Assembly (NCBI GenBank): GCA_051251855.1
Contig: JBPOGI010000001.1
Span: forward strand, 480,001 to 544,000
DNA length: 64,000 nt
Direction of reading: 5' to 3'
From: Roseibacillus sp.
GTDB taxonomy: Bacteria; Verrucomicrobiota; Verrucomicrobiia; Verrucomicrobiales; Akkermansiaceae
Positions within the stretch are counted from its first letter, which is position 1. Every line of letters starts with the position of its first letter. The notes under the pieces are model-generated. The model was not told the origin of the DNA, made no database searches, and saw only the letters and a program-made list of their open reading frames with translations. Positions 9,881 through 20,041 of this stretch are shown in pieces. Position numbers and translations under genes: made by a program.

Positions 9881-11131
9881 CTAGCGGCGGCGGCGCTTGG
9901 GTGCGGGGGGGCGCTTTTTGCGGACGGGTCTGGAGGGAGAGTCGTCGAGGAGGGCGGTGTAGATGTAGTCGAAGTTTTCGAGTTTCTTGCGTTCGATTTT
10001 GCGACTGATGAAGTTCTCGATGGAGACGGCGTTCTCGAGTTCGTCGGCGGTGAGGATGGTGAAGGCGTCGCCTTCTTTTTCGGCGCGGCCAGTTCTTCCG
10101 ATACGGTGAACGTAGTCTTCGGCGTTTTCGGGGACGCGGTAGTTAATGACGTGGGTGACGCCAGAGACGTCAATACCGCGAGCGGCAACGTCGGTGGCGA
10201 CGAGAATGTTGTAGGTGCTGTCCTTGAAGCCTGCGAGGGCTTTCATGCGGTCCTTTTGGTTGATGTCGGAGTGCATGGCCACCGCTTTGGCGTGGTCGGC
10301 TCCCTTGAGCATGGCGGTGACGGAGTCGGCTTCTTTGCGCGTGCGGGTGAAAATCATCACGGACTCGAAGTCGGTCTGATTGAGGAGAGAGAGGAGAAGC
10401 TCGTCCCGCTGGTCCATGGACACAGGGTAGAAGGCGTGGGAGACGGTAGAGGCCACTTCGCGACGCGCGATTTGGACTTCGGCGGGGTCAGTGAGGCACC
10501 ATTTGGCAAATTGCTCGATGGTGGGTGGCATGGTGGCCGAGAAGAAGAGCGTCTGGCGGTCGGTGGCGGGGTTGGCGGGGCGCTTGCTGTCGGGGTCGGC
10601 TTCCTCGGCGGGGAGTTTCCATGGGCAGAGGTTGACGATCTTGCGGACGATAGGGAGGAAGCCCATATCGAGCATGCGGTCGACCTCGTCGAGGATGAGG
10701 ATTTTGAGTTCGCCGAAGCGCATGGTGCCGCGGAAGAAGTGATCGACGAGACGGCCAGGAGTGGCGACCACGATGTCGGCCTTGGCGATGTCTTCGTCTT
10801 GCTTGCCGTAGCCCACTCCACCGTAGAGGAGGCAAACGTGAAGACCGGTATGCTTGCCGTATTCTTCAAACTGTTCTGCGACTTGATGAGCGAGCTCGCG
10901 GGTGGGCTCGAGGACGAGGATCTGGGGCTTGCCTTTCTTTTCAATGCGGGAGAGGGAAGGCAGAGCGAAGGCGGCTGTCTTTCCGGTTCCGGTTTGGGAG
11001 GCGCCGGTGAGGTCTCCGCCCTTGAGAATGATAGGAATGGCCTGGGCCTGGATCGGAGTGGGATCGGTGTAACCTTTTTCGGTAACAGCGCGCAGGATAG
11101 GTTCGGACAGGCCGAGATCAGCAAAAGACAT
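9881..11131 (-). CDS. DEAD/DEAH-box RNA helicase (RhlE-like)
   Basis: Q motif (PTPIQ), TGTGKT, PTRELA, DEVD, SAT, ARGID, HRIGRTGR and a basic C-tail. Start MSFADLG at 11131. Confidence 0.92.
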   Translation of the reverse strand: MSFADLGLSEPILRAVTEKGYTDPTPIQAQAIPIILKGGDLTGASQTGTGKTAAFALPSLSRIEKKGKPQILVLEPTRELAHQVAEQFEEYGKHTGLHVCLLYGGVGYGKQDEDIAKADIVVATPGRLVDHFFRGTMRFGELKILILDEVDRMLDMGFLPIVRKIVNLCPWKLPAEEADPDSKRPANPATDRQTLFFSATMPPTIEQFAKWCLTDPAEVQIARREVASTVSHAFYPVSMDQRDELLLSLLNQTDFESVMIFTRTRKEADSVTAMLKGADHAKAVAMHSDINQKDRMKALAGFKDSTYNILVATDVAARGIDVSGVTHVINYRVPENAEDYVHRIGRTGRAEKEGDAFTILTADELENAVSIENFISRKIERKKLENFDYIYTALLDDSPSRPVRKKRPPAPKRRRR

Positions 11132-11261
11132 CGCGGATGGGTCTAGTGTGCCAGCGGACAAGAGGCAAGAACCGAAAAAAGGGCTACTTGGTGGGTAAAG
11201 AGACCTTTTCTAGCCGCTGAGGGTCTAAGAGGGCGCTAACAAATGCCCACCCCTCCCTCTT

Positions 11262-11981
11262 TTAGCGTTGGCGGCGGAAGAGTCCCACAAAACCGAAGGC
11301 GATGAGAAGGGCCGAGGAGGGCTCGGGGATGACGTCGATATCGATTTGGAAGTTGTCTGCTTGGATTGCAAACGCTTCTTGTCCAGTCGATACCTCGGCA
11401 AAAGAGGTGAAGCCAAATCCGAAGCTCAATGCGTCGCTCCCTGAAAAATCGCGTCCAGAGGCACCTGCTTCGGTGACCCCAGAAAGGGTGATTGTTTGCC
11501 ACTGGCCGTCGGGAATGAGAGAGATAAAGCCTGCTCCCGCATTGGCAACGGCTCCTCCATTGGAGTCATTAATTGTGAAAAAGAGGGTTTCAATCGGTTC
11601 TGAGGTCCTGATATCAAGGGAAAAGGTGACGCTTTGAATGAATCCTTGAGTCGCAGGATTGTGACTCAGGGAGCTATTTTCGAAGAAGGACTGAACATTG
11701 GTGAAGCCGTCACCGAAGGGATCTCCGAATTCGTCCCGCTGAATATCGTGCTCATGGGTAATGTTTAGGACGGAGTCTGGATTGCCACCACTAGTTGCAA
11801 TGTTTCCAAATGCAGTACTGATGTCATCGGGATTACTTCCCGAATCCGAGCTATTGAAGTTGGAAGCGGAATAGGCGGATCCGGTCATGTCATCGAAGAG
11901 GATGACGTTCTGAGCCGAGAGAGAGGGGATGGCTAAGAATAAGGTGAAGGGGAAGGCTTTTTTGAAATAAGAAGCTTTCAT
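11262..11981 (-). CDS. PEP-CTERM sorting-domain protein (paralog A)
   Basis: Signal peptide; C-terminal IPEPSSALLIAFGFVGLFRRQR. Confidence 0.9.
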   Translation of the reverse strand: MKASYFKKAFPFTLFLAIPSLSAQNVILFDDMTGSAYSASNFNSSDSGSNPDDISTAFGNIATSGGNPDSVLNITHEHDIQRDEFGDPFGDGFTNVQSFFENSSLSHNPATQGFIQSVTFSLDIRTSEPIETLFFTINDSNGGAVANAGAGFISLIPDGQWQTITLSGVTEAGASGRDFSGSDALSFGFGFTSFAEVSTGQEAFAIQADNFQIDIDVIPEPSSALLIAFGFVGLFRRQR

Positions 11982-12189
11982 GGTGAACTTCTCAGGTTAA
12001 ACCTAAAAAAATCTACTCATGCAAGTTTAGATAGATTGGGATGTTCGGATTAATAAGGAGAAGTGATAATTACTAAAAATTAAGAAACTTCGAGTCCTGG
12101 GAGGGAAGTTTGTGCTCGGGTAGACCTAAAGTTCGAGCTCACGAATTTGGAAAAGGCGGCAATGTATGGTCCTGATTCCCGGCTTCCAC

Positions 12190-12909
12190 TCAGCGACGAC
12201 GGCCGGTCAGCCCCAAGAGGCCGAGGGTGAGGAGGAGGAGCGAGGAAGGCTCGGGGACAGGGGTGATGTTGATTTGGAAGTTATCGGCGCTCATGAGAAA
12301 GTTCGCTGGGCCGTTCGTTACCTCGGCGAAAGAGGTGAAGCCAAAACCGAAAAACAAAGAGTCACTTCCTGCAAAATCACGATCGGTGGCCCCTGCCTGC
12401 GTCACCTCTGAGAGAGTGATACTGTGCCATTCGCCGTCCGAGACGACCGTAATCTCGCCGTTTTTTCCGTCGGCGACTGTGCTCCCACTCGAGTCATTGA
12501 TTGTGAAATAGACGAGATCAAAGGGCTGAGTGGTTTTGATATCGAGAGAAAACGTGATGCTTTGAATAGGTCCTTCCGCAGCAGGGTTGTAACTCAGAGA
12601 GCTGTTGGAGTAAAGGGACTCAAGGTTAGTGAAGCTTGGCCCAACTGGGAAACCAAACTCGTCACGCTGGACATCATGATAATGGTGGGCATTCATGACG
12701 GAATCTGGGTTTCCTCCGCTCGTTTCGACAAGATTGTAGGCGAAGCTGATATCGATGGGATTACTTCCAGTGCTTGATCCGTTTGTTGAAGAGGAGACGT
12801 AGGCGGAGGTGGTCATATCATCGAAGAGGATGACGTCCTGAGCCTGAAGAGAGGAAATCGCTATGAAGGAAACGATGGGGAGCACTCTTGTGAGAAGGGG
12901 GTGTTTCAT
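12190..12909 (-). CDS. PEP-CTERM sorting-domain protein (paralog B)
   Basis: Signal peptide; C-terminal VPEPSSLLLLTLGLLGLTGRRR; colinear with 11262..11981. Confidence 0.9.
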   Translation of the reverse strand: MKHPLLTRVLPIVSFIAISSLQAQDVILFDDMTTSAYVSSSTNGSSTGSNPIDISFAYNLVETSGGNPDSVMNAHHYHDVQRDEFGFPVGPSFTNLESLYSNSSLSYNPAAEGPIQSITFSLDIKTTQPFDLVYFTINDSSGSTVADGKNGEITVVSDGEWHSITLSEVTQAGATDRDFAGSDSLFFGFGFTSFAEVTNGPANFLMSADNFQINITPVPEPSSLLLLTLGLLGLTGRRR

Positions 12910-13005
12910 AGATAACTCCCTGTGTTTAAGCTAAAAAGCAATTTTTATTCAAGATAAGTTAAGTTTTAAGCGTGTCACCGGATTGTTCGTAGGTTTCTGA
13001 ATGAT

Positions 13006-15480
13006 TCATAGGGTCTCGTCTCCACAGAGACTCAATTGCTTGTCAACGAGTCTGAAAGAAAAAATGGCAACAGGCTGAGAGTCGTGGTCGAGGAGGGATT
13101 GGGAGAAGGTCTCTTCGCTGTTGTGGAGGTGCTTGCGATTGCGGGCTTCGGGGTCAAGGCGTAGGTAGCCGTGTGTTTCGAAAAATTCTTGGAAGAGGTC
13201 TTCGAGTTGGACGGAGTCCCATTTCTTTTCTTCGGTGTTGGCGAGTTGGTTAGCTGCATCTTGGTAACGATGTTCGGCGATGGCTTTGAGGAAGGTCCAG
13301 ATGAGTTGATGAGGATTCGGTGGGGGTGGTGTGGAAGCTTTTTCTGACGGACTGGATTCCGTCGGGTTTGGTGGGGCGGATTGCAAATCCGCGCTCCCGA
13401 GTTTTTCCCACTCGTCGAGGAGGGAGGAGTCGGTTTGGCGGACGAGGGTTTCGAGGTGTTCTTCGGCGGCTTCGAGTTCTTCGGTTTTGAGAGCAGGAGG
13501 AACGGTTTGGGAGAGAACTTTGTAGACTTCGGAGAGGTGGCGCAGGAGGATGGCTTCCGATTTTTCGAGTTGGTAGGTTTTGATGTAGTCTTCGAAGCTA
13601 CTATAGGTTTCGTAGATTTCGCGGGCGATGGATTTGGGTCGGATGTTCTCGGCTCCGAGGTAGGGGTGTTCGGCGGCGTAGTCGTTGAAGGTCTGGTAGA
13701 TGAAGTCGGCGCCGGGTTTAGGGTGCTCGATTTTTTCGAGTTCCTCCATGCGTTGGTCGTAGTTGAGGCCGTCCTCCTTCATTTCGGCGACGGCTTCGTT
13801 TTTGGCGCGGCGGATTTGAGCGCGGAGGATTTGGCTGGGGTCTTCGAGGATGGCTTCGATGAGGGAGAGGATGTTGAGGGCGTGCTTGGGGTCTTCGGGA
13901 TCGAGCTTGGGGATGGTGTCTAACAGGTAGAGGCCGAGGGCTTGGTTGAGGGAGAAGTCGTGTTGGAGGTCAATGTTGAGGCGGACTTTTTGCAGGCCTT
14001 CTCGTTCTGCGGGTGGGATGATTTCGAGGATGTTGCCGCGTACGAGGTTGAAGAAGAGTTTGCGCGCTTGTATGCGGTGGCGCTTTTTTTTGGCTTCGGT
14101 TTCGTGGCTGCGTTCGATGAGGTCGCGGAGGGCTTGGCAGCCGTCTTCGGTTTGGCGGGAGAGGACGTGCAGAATGAGAGAGAGGGTAACTTTGAAGGAG
14201 GAGGAGAGGGGTTCGGGCGCTGAGCTTTGCAGTTTATTGAAGGTGTTTTCGTCCCAGTGAACGTAGCCTTTTTCCGGTGGGGTCTTTTTGACGATCTTCT
14301 TCTTTTTGCCGGCGGCGGCTTTGGCTTCGAGTTTGAGGTTCTCAATGATGTGCTCGGGGGCTTGGGTGACCACGTAACCGATGTCGTCAAAGCCACGGCG
14401 GCCAGCGCGCCCGGCGATTTGTTTGAAGTCGCGCACGGGAAGGATGCCGGTGCCTTTGCCGTCGTACTTGCACATTTGGGTGAAGACGACTGTTCGGATG
14501 GGGACGTTGACTCCGACTCCGAGGGTGTCGGTTCCGCAGATAACTTTGAGGAGACCGCGTTGGGTCAGTTTTTCGACGAGGAGGCGGTATTTGGGAAGGA
14601 GGCCGGCGTGGTGAATGCCGACTCCGTGGCGAAGGAAGCGCGCCATTTCTTTGCCGTAGGGTGAGCGGAAGTCGGCGTCGATGAGGGCGGCGGCGATTTC
14701 TTTCTTTTCCTCTTTGGTGCAGAAGTTTTGGGAGAGGAGGTTCTGGGCGGTGTTGGCGGTAGAGAGTTGGGTGAAGTGGACGAGGTAGATAGGAGCGCGG
14801 TTGGCTTCGGCGAGTTCGCCGATTTTTTCCTCGAGGGTAGTGGTGGAGTATTCGAATTCTAACGGGACGGGACGTTGCTCAGATTGGATGAGGGTGGTTT
14901 CGCCGCCGGTGAGGTCGTTGAGTTCCTTGATGAAGAATTCGGGGTCGCCGATGGTAGCGGACATGAGGAGGAAGCGACACTGCGGCAAGGCGAGGAGTGG
15001 AATTTGCCAAGCCCAGCCGCGTGAGTGATCAGAGTAGTAGTGAAACTCGTCGATGATGACGTCGTCGACGGGAGCGAGTTTGCCGTCGCGCAGGGCCATG
15101 TTGGCGAGGATTTCGGCGGTGCAACAGATGATGGGGGCGTCGGGATTGACGGTGGCGTCGCCGGTGACGAGGCCGACGTTCTCGGGGCCAAAGGTTTGGC
15201 AGAGGGACAGGAACTTTTCGTTGGCGAGGGCCTTGATGGGAACGGTGTAGTAGCTGGTGCGTCCGAGGCAAAGCCCACGATAGTGTAGGGCAGCGGCGAC
15301 GAGGGATTTACCGGAGCCAGTGGGGGTGTTGAGGATGACGTTTTTGCCTTCGAAGAGTTCGAGGATGGCGTTCTCTTGGTGGTCGTAGGGTTCAATGCCG
15401 GACTCGATCAGGTAGTTGAGAAAATTTTCGAGAGCTTGCTCGGAAGTGAGAGGAGAGTCGGGTTTGGTAAGAGACGGCAC
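13006..15480 (-). CDS. Ski2/HelY-like DExH-box helicase (DUF3516-type)
   Basis: [39 protein letters not shown] and [10 protein letters not shown] motifs; GTG start. Confidence 0.88.
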   Translation of the reverse strand: MPSLTKPDSPLTSEQALENFLNYLIESGIEPYDHQENAILELFEGKNVILNTPTGSGKSLVAAALHYRGLCLGRTSYYTVPIKALANEKFLSLCQTFGPENVGLVTGDATVNPDAPIICCTAEILANMALRDGKLAPVDDVIIDEFHYYSDHSRGWAWQIPLLALPQCRFLLMSATIGDPEFFIKELNDLTGGETTLIQSEQRPVPLEFEYSTTTLEEKIGELAEANRAPIYLVHFTQLSTANTAQNLLSQNFCTKEEKKEIAAALIDADFRSPYGKEMARFLRHGVGIHHAGLLPKYRLLVEKLTQRGLLKVICGTDTLGVGVNVPIRTVVFTQMCKYDGKGTGILPVRDFKQIAGRAGRRGFDDIGYVVTQAPEHIIENLKLEAKAAAGKKKKIVKKTPPEKGYVHWDENTFNKLQSSAPEPLSSSFKVTLSLILHVLSRQTEDGCQALRDLIERSHETEAKKKRHRIQARKLFFNLVRGNILEIIPPAEREGLQKVRLNIDLQHDFSLNQALGLYLLDTIPKLDPEDPKHALNILSLIEAILEDPSQILRAQIRRAKNEAVAEMKEDGLNYDQRMEELEKIEHPKPGADFIYQTFNDYAAEHPYLGAENIRPKSIAREIYETYSSFEDYIKTYQLEKSEAILLRHLSEVYKVLSQTVPPALKTEELEAAEEHLETLVRQTDSSLLDEWEKLGSADLQSAPPNPTESSPSEKASTPPPPNPHQLIWTFLKAIAEHRYQDAANQLANTEEKKWDSVQLEDLFQEFFETHGYLRLDPEARNRKHLHNSEETFSQSLLDHDSQPVAIFSFRLVDKQLSLCGDETL
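13346..13398. repeat. Two REP-like palindromes inside the helicase CDS
   Basis: GACGGActggatTCCGTC (13346-13363) and GCGGATtgcaaATCCGCgctccc (13376-13398). Confidence 0.6.
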
Positions 15481-15575
15481 GGCGGAAGAATGAACGTCCC
15501 GAGCGGAAGGTCCAACCTTGAACGTCGAATTTTCAAGGCTTTATCTCGCAAAGAAGTGAAGCTACCTAGGAGTGG

Positions 15576-16295
15576 ATGAAACAAGTTAGAACTACTTTTG
15601 CGCTGATAATCTTGTTAGCTACTTCCTGCTTTTGTCAGGAGATGCCAAGCTTTCCTTTTGTGGAGGTCGAGGGAGCGGCTGAGCGAGATGTGAAGCCCGA
15701 TGAAGTTCGGATTGATTTTCAGGTGGTTGCTTTCTCGGAAGACTCAGAGACTTCCCTTGAAATGTTAACGTCTTATTCGATGGCGGCGTTGGATGTTCTT
15801 AAAAAATTTGGAGTCAAGGAATCAGCTATCGAGGGCTCAGAGGTTCAAAAATCTGAGGTTCGTAAGACGGAAGACCGGAAAAAGATGGAAGTGCTGGGAT
15901 ACGATTTTTCGCGGAGCTATACCGTTGAGTTTACGGAATTGAAAAACTATCCGGGGATTATGAAAGAGTTGTTCGCGCTCGAAGGGGTCAACGGGTTGTA
16001 TTCGTCTTTCGATGTCAGTGACCGCGAAGCCCTCAAAGTTGAGCTCCTGAGAGAGGCTTGTCAGATAGCGAAAAAGAAGGCCGAAAATCTTGCTGCTGGA
16101 ATGGATGTCAAACTTGGACCGCTTTATGCAATCAATGGGACAGGCCGCGTTTTCGTCTTTAGCCGAGGTGGTCGATTCGAGGGGCTTCCTGCTTTGTATA
16201 GTGTCGGCGGAGAAGCTGATGCTAAGCTCTTTTTCGTCCCAAGCACAGTCGAGGTAAGTTCAACTGTTGGCGCTATCTTTCGACTGGAAGAATAG
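15576..16295 (+). CDS. SIMPL (DUF541) domain periplasmic protein
   Basis: Signal peptide; VEVEGAAERDVKPD and AKKKAENLAAGMDVKLG patterns; C-terminal V.STV.AIF.L. Confidence 0.85.
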   Translation: MKQVRTTFALIILLATSCFCQEMPSFPFVEVEGAAERDVKPDEVRIDFQVVAFSEDSETSLEMLTSYSMAALDVLKKFGVKESAIEGSEVQKSEVRKTEDRKKMEVLGYDFSRSYTVEFTELKNYPGIMKELFALEGVNGLYSSFDVSDREALKVELLREACQIAKKKAENLAAGMDVKLGPLYAINGTGRVFVFSRGGRFEGLPALYSVGGEADAKLFFVPSTVEVSSTVGAIFRLEE

Positions 16296-16299
16296 TCTT

Positions 16300-16833
16300 T
16301 TACAACTCTTCTTCTTCACCATCCCATTCGCCGTCTTCGTCGGGGGTGGGTGGGAGGAGGTCTTCGCGGAGGAGAAGCATCTCGATGGAGAGGTCTTCGA
16401 GAACGTCGGCCTTCGTTTTGAGGAGGACGTTGGCGAGGGGAACGAGGCGGTCGAGTTCGGCGATGATGGCGTGCACCATGGAGCTGATGATGTCGGCGTC
16501 GTACTTCTCTTTTTCGAAGAGGTTGGTGACACGGAAGACGAGGAGCTTGCGGTCGTAGTCGTATTCGAAGCCGCCGAGGGTGAGCATCTTGTTGGCGCGC
16601 ATCACCAATTCCAAAAAGGCGGAGAGGTGAGATTGAGGAGGCGCGAGGGGAGTCTCGCCGACGATGGCAAGGGCGTTGAGATTGGTGAAGGCCTGCGCGA
16701 GAACGTGAATGCGCGTGTGATGAGCTTCGAACTGGGTCTGAAGAACTTCGCGACCTTCGACGAGGTCGTGGTGCCAGCCGTTTTGGCCAAAGGCTTCGAT
16801 GACGGAGTTGAACTGGATAGAAGGTGCGACCAT
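16300..16833 (-). CDS. YbjN-like (chaperone-fold) protein
   Basis: ELVMRANKMLTLGGFEYD pattern typical of YbjN-like proteins; acidic tail. Confidence 0.6.
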   Translation of the reverse strand: MVAPSIQFNSVIEAFGQNGWHHDLVEGREVLQTQFEAHHTRIHVLAQAFTNLNALAIVGETPLAPPQSHLSAFLELVMRANKMLTLGGFEYDYDRKLLVFRVTNLFEKEKYDADIISSMVHAIIAELDRLVPLANVLLKTKADVLEDLSIEMLLLREDLLPPTPDEDGEWDGEEEEL

Positions 16834-16837
16834 GTGG

Positions 16838-17476
16838 TTAGTAGGAAACCGAAGCAGTATGGTCTATGCTAGTCTTTTCTGCGCTCTTGGGTGCAATGAT
16901 GCGACTGACGACAGGATTGGAGGCATCTTTGAGGAGTCTGGCACGGGAGCGGAGACCGACTTTGGCATGAAAGGGGGGTTCCCAAGAAGGAGTGATGTCG
17001 GCGAGTTCCTTTTCGGTCAGGAAGCGGCGGAAGTCGGTTTCGATTTCTTTGCGATGATGATCCATGTCCTCATCGAAACGGAGGTGAAAGACGGGTTCTG
17101 TGTAGCTGACAATCAGATTACGGCCTTCCACAGGGGTGCAGATAAAGCGGGCATCAGGAGTCGCCGTTTGTTTGAGGGTTTGGATGGCTTGGCTCTTGAT
17201 GGTTTCCGGATTACGCTCGTTCTCGACGACGACACAGGTGCCGTGGTGAAAGAGGACAAAGGCGCGGTTGCTTTTGACGTTTCGCGAGCAAAATTCGATA
17301 AGCCGATTGTCTGTGCCGTTGCCTGCAAGCACTTTGGGGGTGGTCTTCCTCGGAGTGGCGGCGAAGAAGTGTGTTAAAAAGATAGCTACAAGGGGAACGC
17401 AAGCGGTGAGAAGAATGCCGATGCGAGCGCTCGCACGGTCGAGGTTGAAGTCTAAAAGTTTAGGTTTCTTGGTCAT
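16838..17476 (-). CDS. Hypothetical membrane-anchored protein
   Basis: N-terminal TM segment, FVLFHHGTCV motif, and a 4-nt gap to the next gene. Confidence 0.7.
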   Translation of the reverse strand: MTKKPKLLDFNLDRASARIGILLTACVPLVAIFLTHFFAATPRKTTPKVLAGNGTDNRLIEFCSRNVKSNRAFVLFHHGTCVVVENERNPETIKSQAIQTLKQTATPDARFICTPVEGRNLIVSYTEPVFHLRFDEDMDHHRKEIETDFRRFLTEKELADITPSWEPPFHAKVGLRSRARLLKDASNPVVSRIIAPKSAEKTSIDHTASVSY

Positions 17477-17814
17477 ATTTTTAAAAAACAGGGTCCTTTT
17501 GAACGAATTCGACTGTTTTTAAGACACGATAGGACAAACTTCAATCCATTTCCTTAATATTGTTTACAATTAAACTAATCTTAAGTAAATTTCTGGAGTT
17601 CGCCCCGTTCTCATGAAAATTGCTACTTTTCCGAGACGAGATAGATATCTCGTACCTTCCTTATTTGTCGGAGGTCTTTCCCTTGGGGGAGAGTTGTCTT
17701 CCGTTCAGGTGGATTCGGAACTCGTCATCCGTGTGGATGTTTTGAGCAGCGTGAGCAACACAGAGCTCTCTGACTAGCCTTCGAAACTCTCTTAGAAGAA
17801 AACGATTCAACCCG

Positions 17815-18558
17815 ATGTCACGACGTAAAAAAGAAACTCAAGCTTCTCAGGTAAAAAATCCTGAAGGAGAGGAGTTGAGGTTATATGCTCTGGAGGTAGG
17901 GGACGGGAAGGTGATTAAAAGGCCGACCTCTTCAGATGCTTACCAAGTTGTCGGAGACGAGGTGTTGACTGAGAAGCTTGATCCTAGGTGCTGGGCTCAG
18001 GCTCTAGCAGAAGGGGCTAAGACGAAGGACGAGGCCTTGAGTATCTATGCCAAGATTCGAGCGGAAGAGTTGGCAGGAAAGGTCACCGTGGAGGAGACGA
18101 AGGCGAAGGCTCTTGAAGAGCGGAAGTTGGCAGCGGGGCTTCCCGAGTCGCATTACCAGACTCGAATTGTTTGGCGTAAGCGCTACTCATTGGTGTGGGA
18201 TTTTCTCTTTTGGCAGATTCTTTTGTCCGTTAGCGGGGTAGGTCTTTTTCTGGTGATTCTCGCGATGGGAACCGATTCTCGGTGGTGGCCAGGGTTGCTT
18301 CCTTTGGTAGTTGTTTCCGCATGCCTGCAATTGTCACCAATGGCTTTCTATGGGTTAGGTAAACTTTTGGTTGGAAAGGTGAGGTATACTCAAGCCTTGG
18401 CCGCAACAGCTGTGGCCTTGATTGCTCTGGGAGGAGTGATGGGGGTTCAGAACTTGATGGGTAAGAAGAGTCCTCGTTGGATACAGTTTGTTGTCGATAA
18501 GACCGTCGAGGAGCAGAGGGAACCGGAGTCGGTGGTTATGAGCGGGGAAGAATTCTAG
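17815..18558 (+). CDS. Hypothetical membrane protein (soluble N-terminus, three TM helices)
   Basis: 247-aa ORF with three hydrophobic segments in the C-terminal half. Confidence 0.7.
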   Translation: MSRRKKETQASQVKNPEGEELRLYALEVGDGKVIKRPTSSDAYQVVGDEVLTEKLDPRCWAQALAEGAKTKDEALSIYAKIRAEELAGKVTVEETKAKALEERKLAAGLPESHYQTRIVWRKRYSLVWDFLFWQILLSVSGVGLFLVILAMGTDSRWWPGLLPLVVVSACLQLSPMAFYGLGKLLVGKVRYTQALAATAVALIALGGVMGVQNLMGKKSPRWIQFVVDKTVEEQREPESVVMSGEEF

Positions 18559-18606
18559 GTGCGCTCTAGATTTGAGGAAGGGGCTCTCATGAAGAGGGAT
18601 CTTCTG

Positions 18607-19101
18607 CTATCTTTCGAGTTCGATTTCTTCCATCTCTTCCTCTTGATCTTTGAACCGCTCGTCCATGCGGCCTTCGATGGCAACATCGAGAAGTTGGCGG
18701 GCATTTTCTGCCATTGGGGAGAGGGAGATGACTGCGCCCCCTGTCTCCTCTTCGTTAAAGTGGAGGTAGAAATTTTTTCCAATGACTTCGGCATGATGGA
18801 ACTCTGACCAAGACCAAAGACGGAAGTTCTGGGAAGGTTTGAAAAAGGGGAAGAACTCGATGCCGACTGGGCTTAGGATGATAAACGCGTGCTTCGCGCA
18901 TCGGAAGGAAAGCCAGAAGGCCCCTGCGGCTGGAAGTAAAAAGGGAAGAGGGTAGAGCGGATGAATGGGAGATCCGGTTCCGATGACAGCTGTGAAAAAG
19001 AGGGTGGCAGCGATGGCTACGAAGATGGCTCCCACGATTGCGAAGGTGCGAGCTTGCCCCGATCGAGTGAAGCGAATTTCTTTCTCAGGATTTGATACCA
19101 T
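18607..19101 (-). CDS. Hypothetical membrane protein, translationally coupled to trpC
   Basis: Two TM helices; its ATG immediately follows the trpC TAA. Confidence 0.7.
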   Translation of the reverse strand: MVSNPEKEIRFTRSGQARTFAIVGAIFVAIAATLFFTAVIGTGSPIHPLYPLPFLLPAAGAFWLSFRCAKHAFIILSPVGIEFFPFFKPSQNFRLWSWSEFHHAEVIGKNFYLHFNEEETGGAVISLSPMAENARQLLDVAIEGRMDERFKDQEEEMEEIELER

Positions 19102-19914
19102 TTACGACTTTTCGATTTGTTCGGGTGTGGTCAGCTGCAGGGAGAGGAACTCTTGAATGGTCTCGGCGGGAATGTGCGAGCGCATCAAGCTCTCGCCAAC
19201 GAGGATGGCGTTGGCTCCGTATTCGAGAACTTCGTAGGCGTCCTTGGCATCGCGGATTCCGGACTCGGAGACGAGGATGATATTGTCGGGGGCTTCATCG
19301 GCCAGTTGCTCAGTAGTTTTGAGATCGGTTTTGAAGGTCTTGAGATTACGGTTATTGATTCCAAGGAGGTCAATGGAATCGAGGTCCAATGCGCGTTCCA
19401 TCTCGGGGAGATCATGGACTTCGACTAAAACGTCGAGCTGGAGAGCGCGGGCTGTTTCATAGAGTCGGGTAAGGGTGTCTTGGTCGAGAGCGGCTACGAT
19501 GAGGAGAATAGCATCGGCGCCGGCAATGATGGCTTCGTGGATCTGAAGCTCGTGAATGGTGAAGTCTTTTCTCAGGAGGGGACAGGAGGGTTTTTCTGAA
19601 ATTTGGCTCAAGTAGGCGAGGGAGCCCTTGAAGTATTTTTCGTCGGTGAGAATCGACATACAGGAGGCACCACCGTCGATATAGGCTTCGGCTTGCTTGA
19701 GAGGGTCGAAGTTGGGGTCGATGATCCCAGCTGAAGGGGAAGCTTTTTTGATTTCGGCAATGACGCCCAATTGGTCGGGACCGCGATCGAGGGCGGTGCG
19801 AAAGCCTCGGAAGTCGTTTCGTTGCAATGCAGCAGCTTTGAGGTTGGCGGCGCGGGGGAGGAGGAGGTCTACCTCGGTTTGTTTGTGGGCGATGATTTCA
19901 GCAAGTTTGTCCAT
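19102..19914 (-). CDS. trpC: Indole-3-glycerol phosphate synthase
   Basis: IAEIKKASPSAG, SILTDEKYFKGS, LRKDF, GINNRNL and VSESGI motifs. Start MDKLAEI at 19914. Confidence 0.95.
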   Translation of the reverse strand: MDKLAEIIAHKQTEVDLLLPRAANLKAAALQRNDFRGFRTALDRGPDQLGVIAEIKKASPSAGIIDPNFDPLKQAEAYIDGGASCMSILTDEKYFKGSLAYLSQISEKPSCPLLRKDFTIHELQIHEAIIAGADAILLIVAALDQDTLTRLYETARALQLDVLVEVHDLPEMERALDLDSIDLLGINNRNLKTFKTDLKTTEQLADEAPDNIILVSESGIRDAKDAYEVLEYGANAILVGESLMRSHIPAETIQEFLSLQLTTPEQIEKS

Positions 19915-19994
19915 GGCGAAGGTCGGGAAAAGGTTCTGTGGTAAAGAGAGCGTAAGGTCGAGTGAGATTTTGTCAGTTTGTGATGAGTTTTCTC

Positions 19995-20022
19995 TTGCGA
20001 GCCTCAGATGTTTTTGTATCTT
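19995..20022 (+). promoter_or_regulatory. Sigma70-like promoter for tRNA-Gly
   Basis: TTGCGA-N16-TATCTT, ending 19 nt upstream of the tRNA. Confidence 0.55.
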
Positions 20023-20041
20023 CCGCGTCCGCAAGGAAAAA

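Noticed and set aside
7955..11146. Long antisense ORFs such as 7955..8803+ and 10106..11146+, and similar ones at 28165..29181+, 36459..37325-, 47245..48078- and 61159..62130-
   Set aside because: They are shadows of well-supported genes on the opposite strand, have no recognisable motifs and are explained by codon bias.
17613..17777. 54-codon ORF (MKIATFPRRD...) and small hairpins in the AT-rich divergent spacer
   Set aside because: No motif or other support, and no recognisable riboswitch consensus. Ribo-seq or conservation data would be needed.
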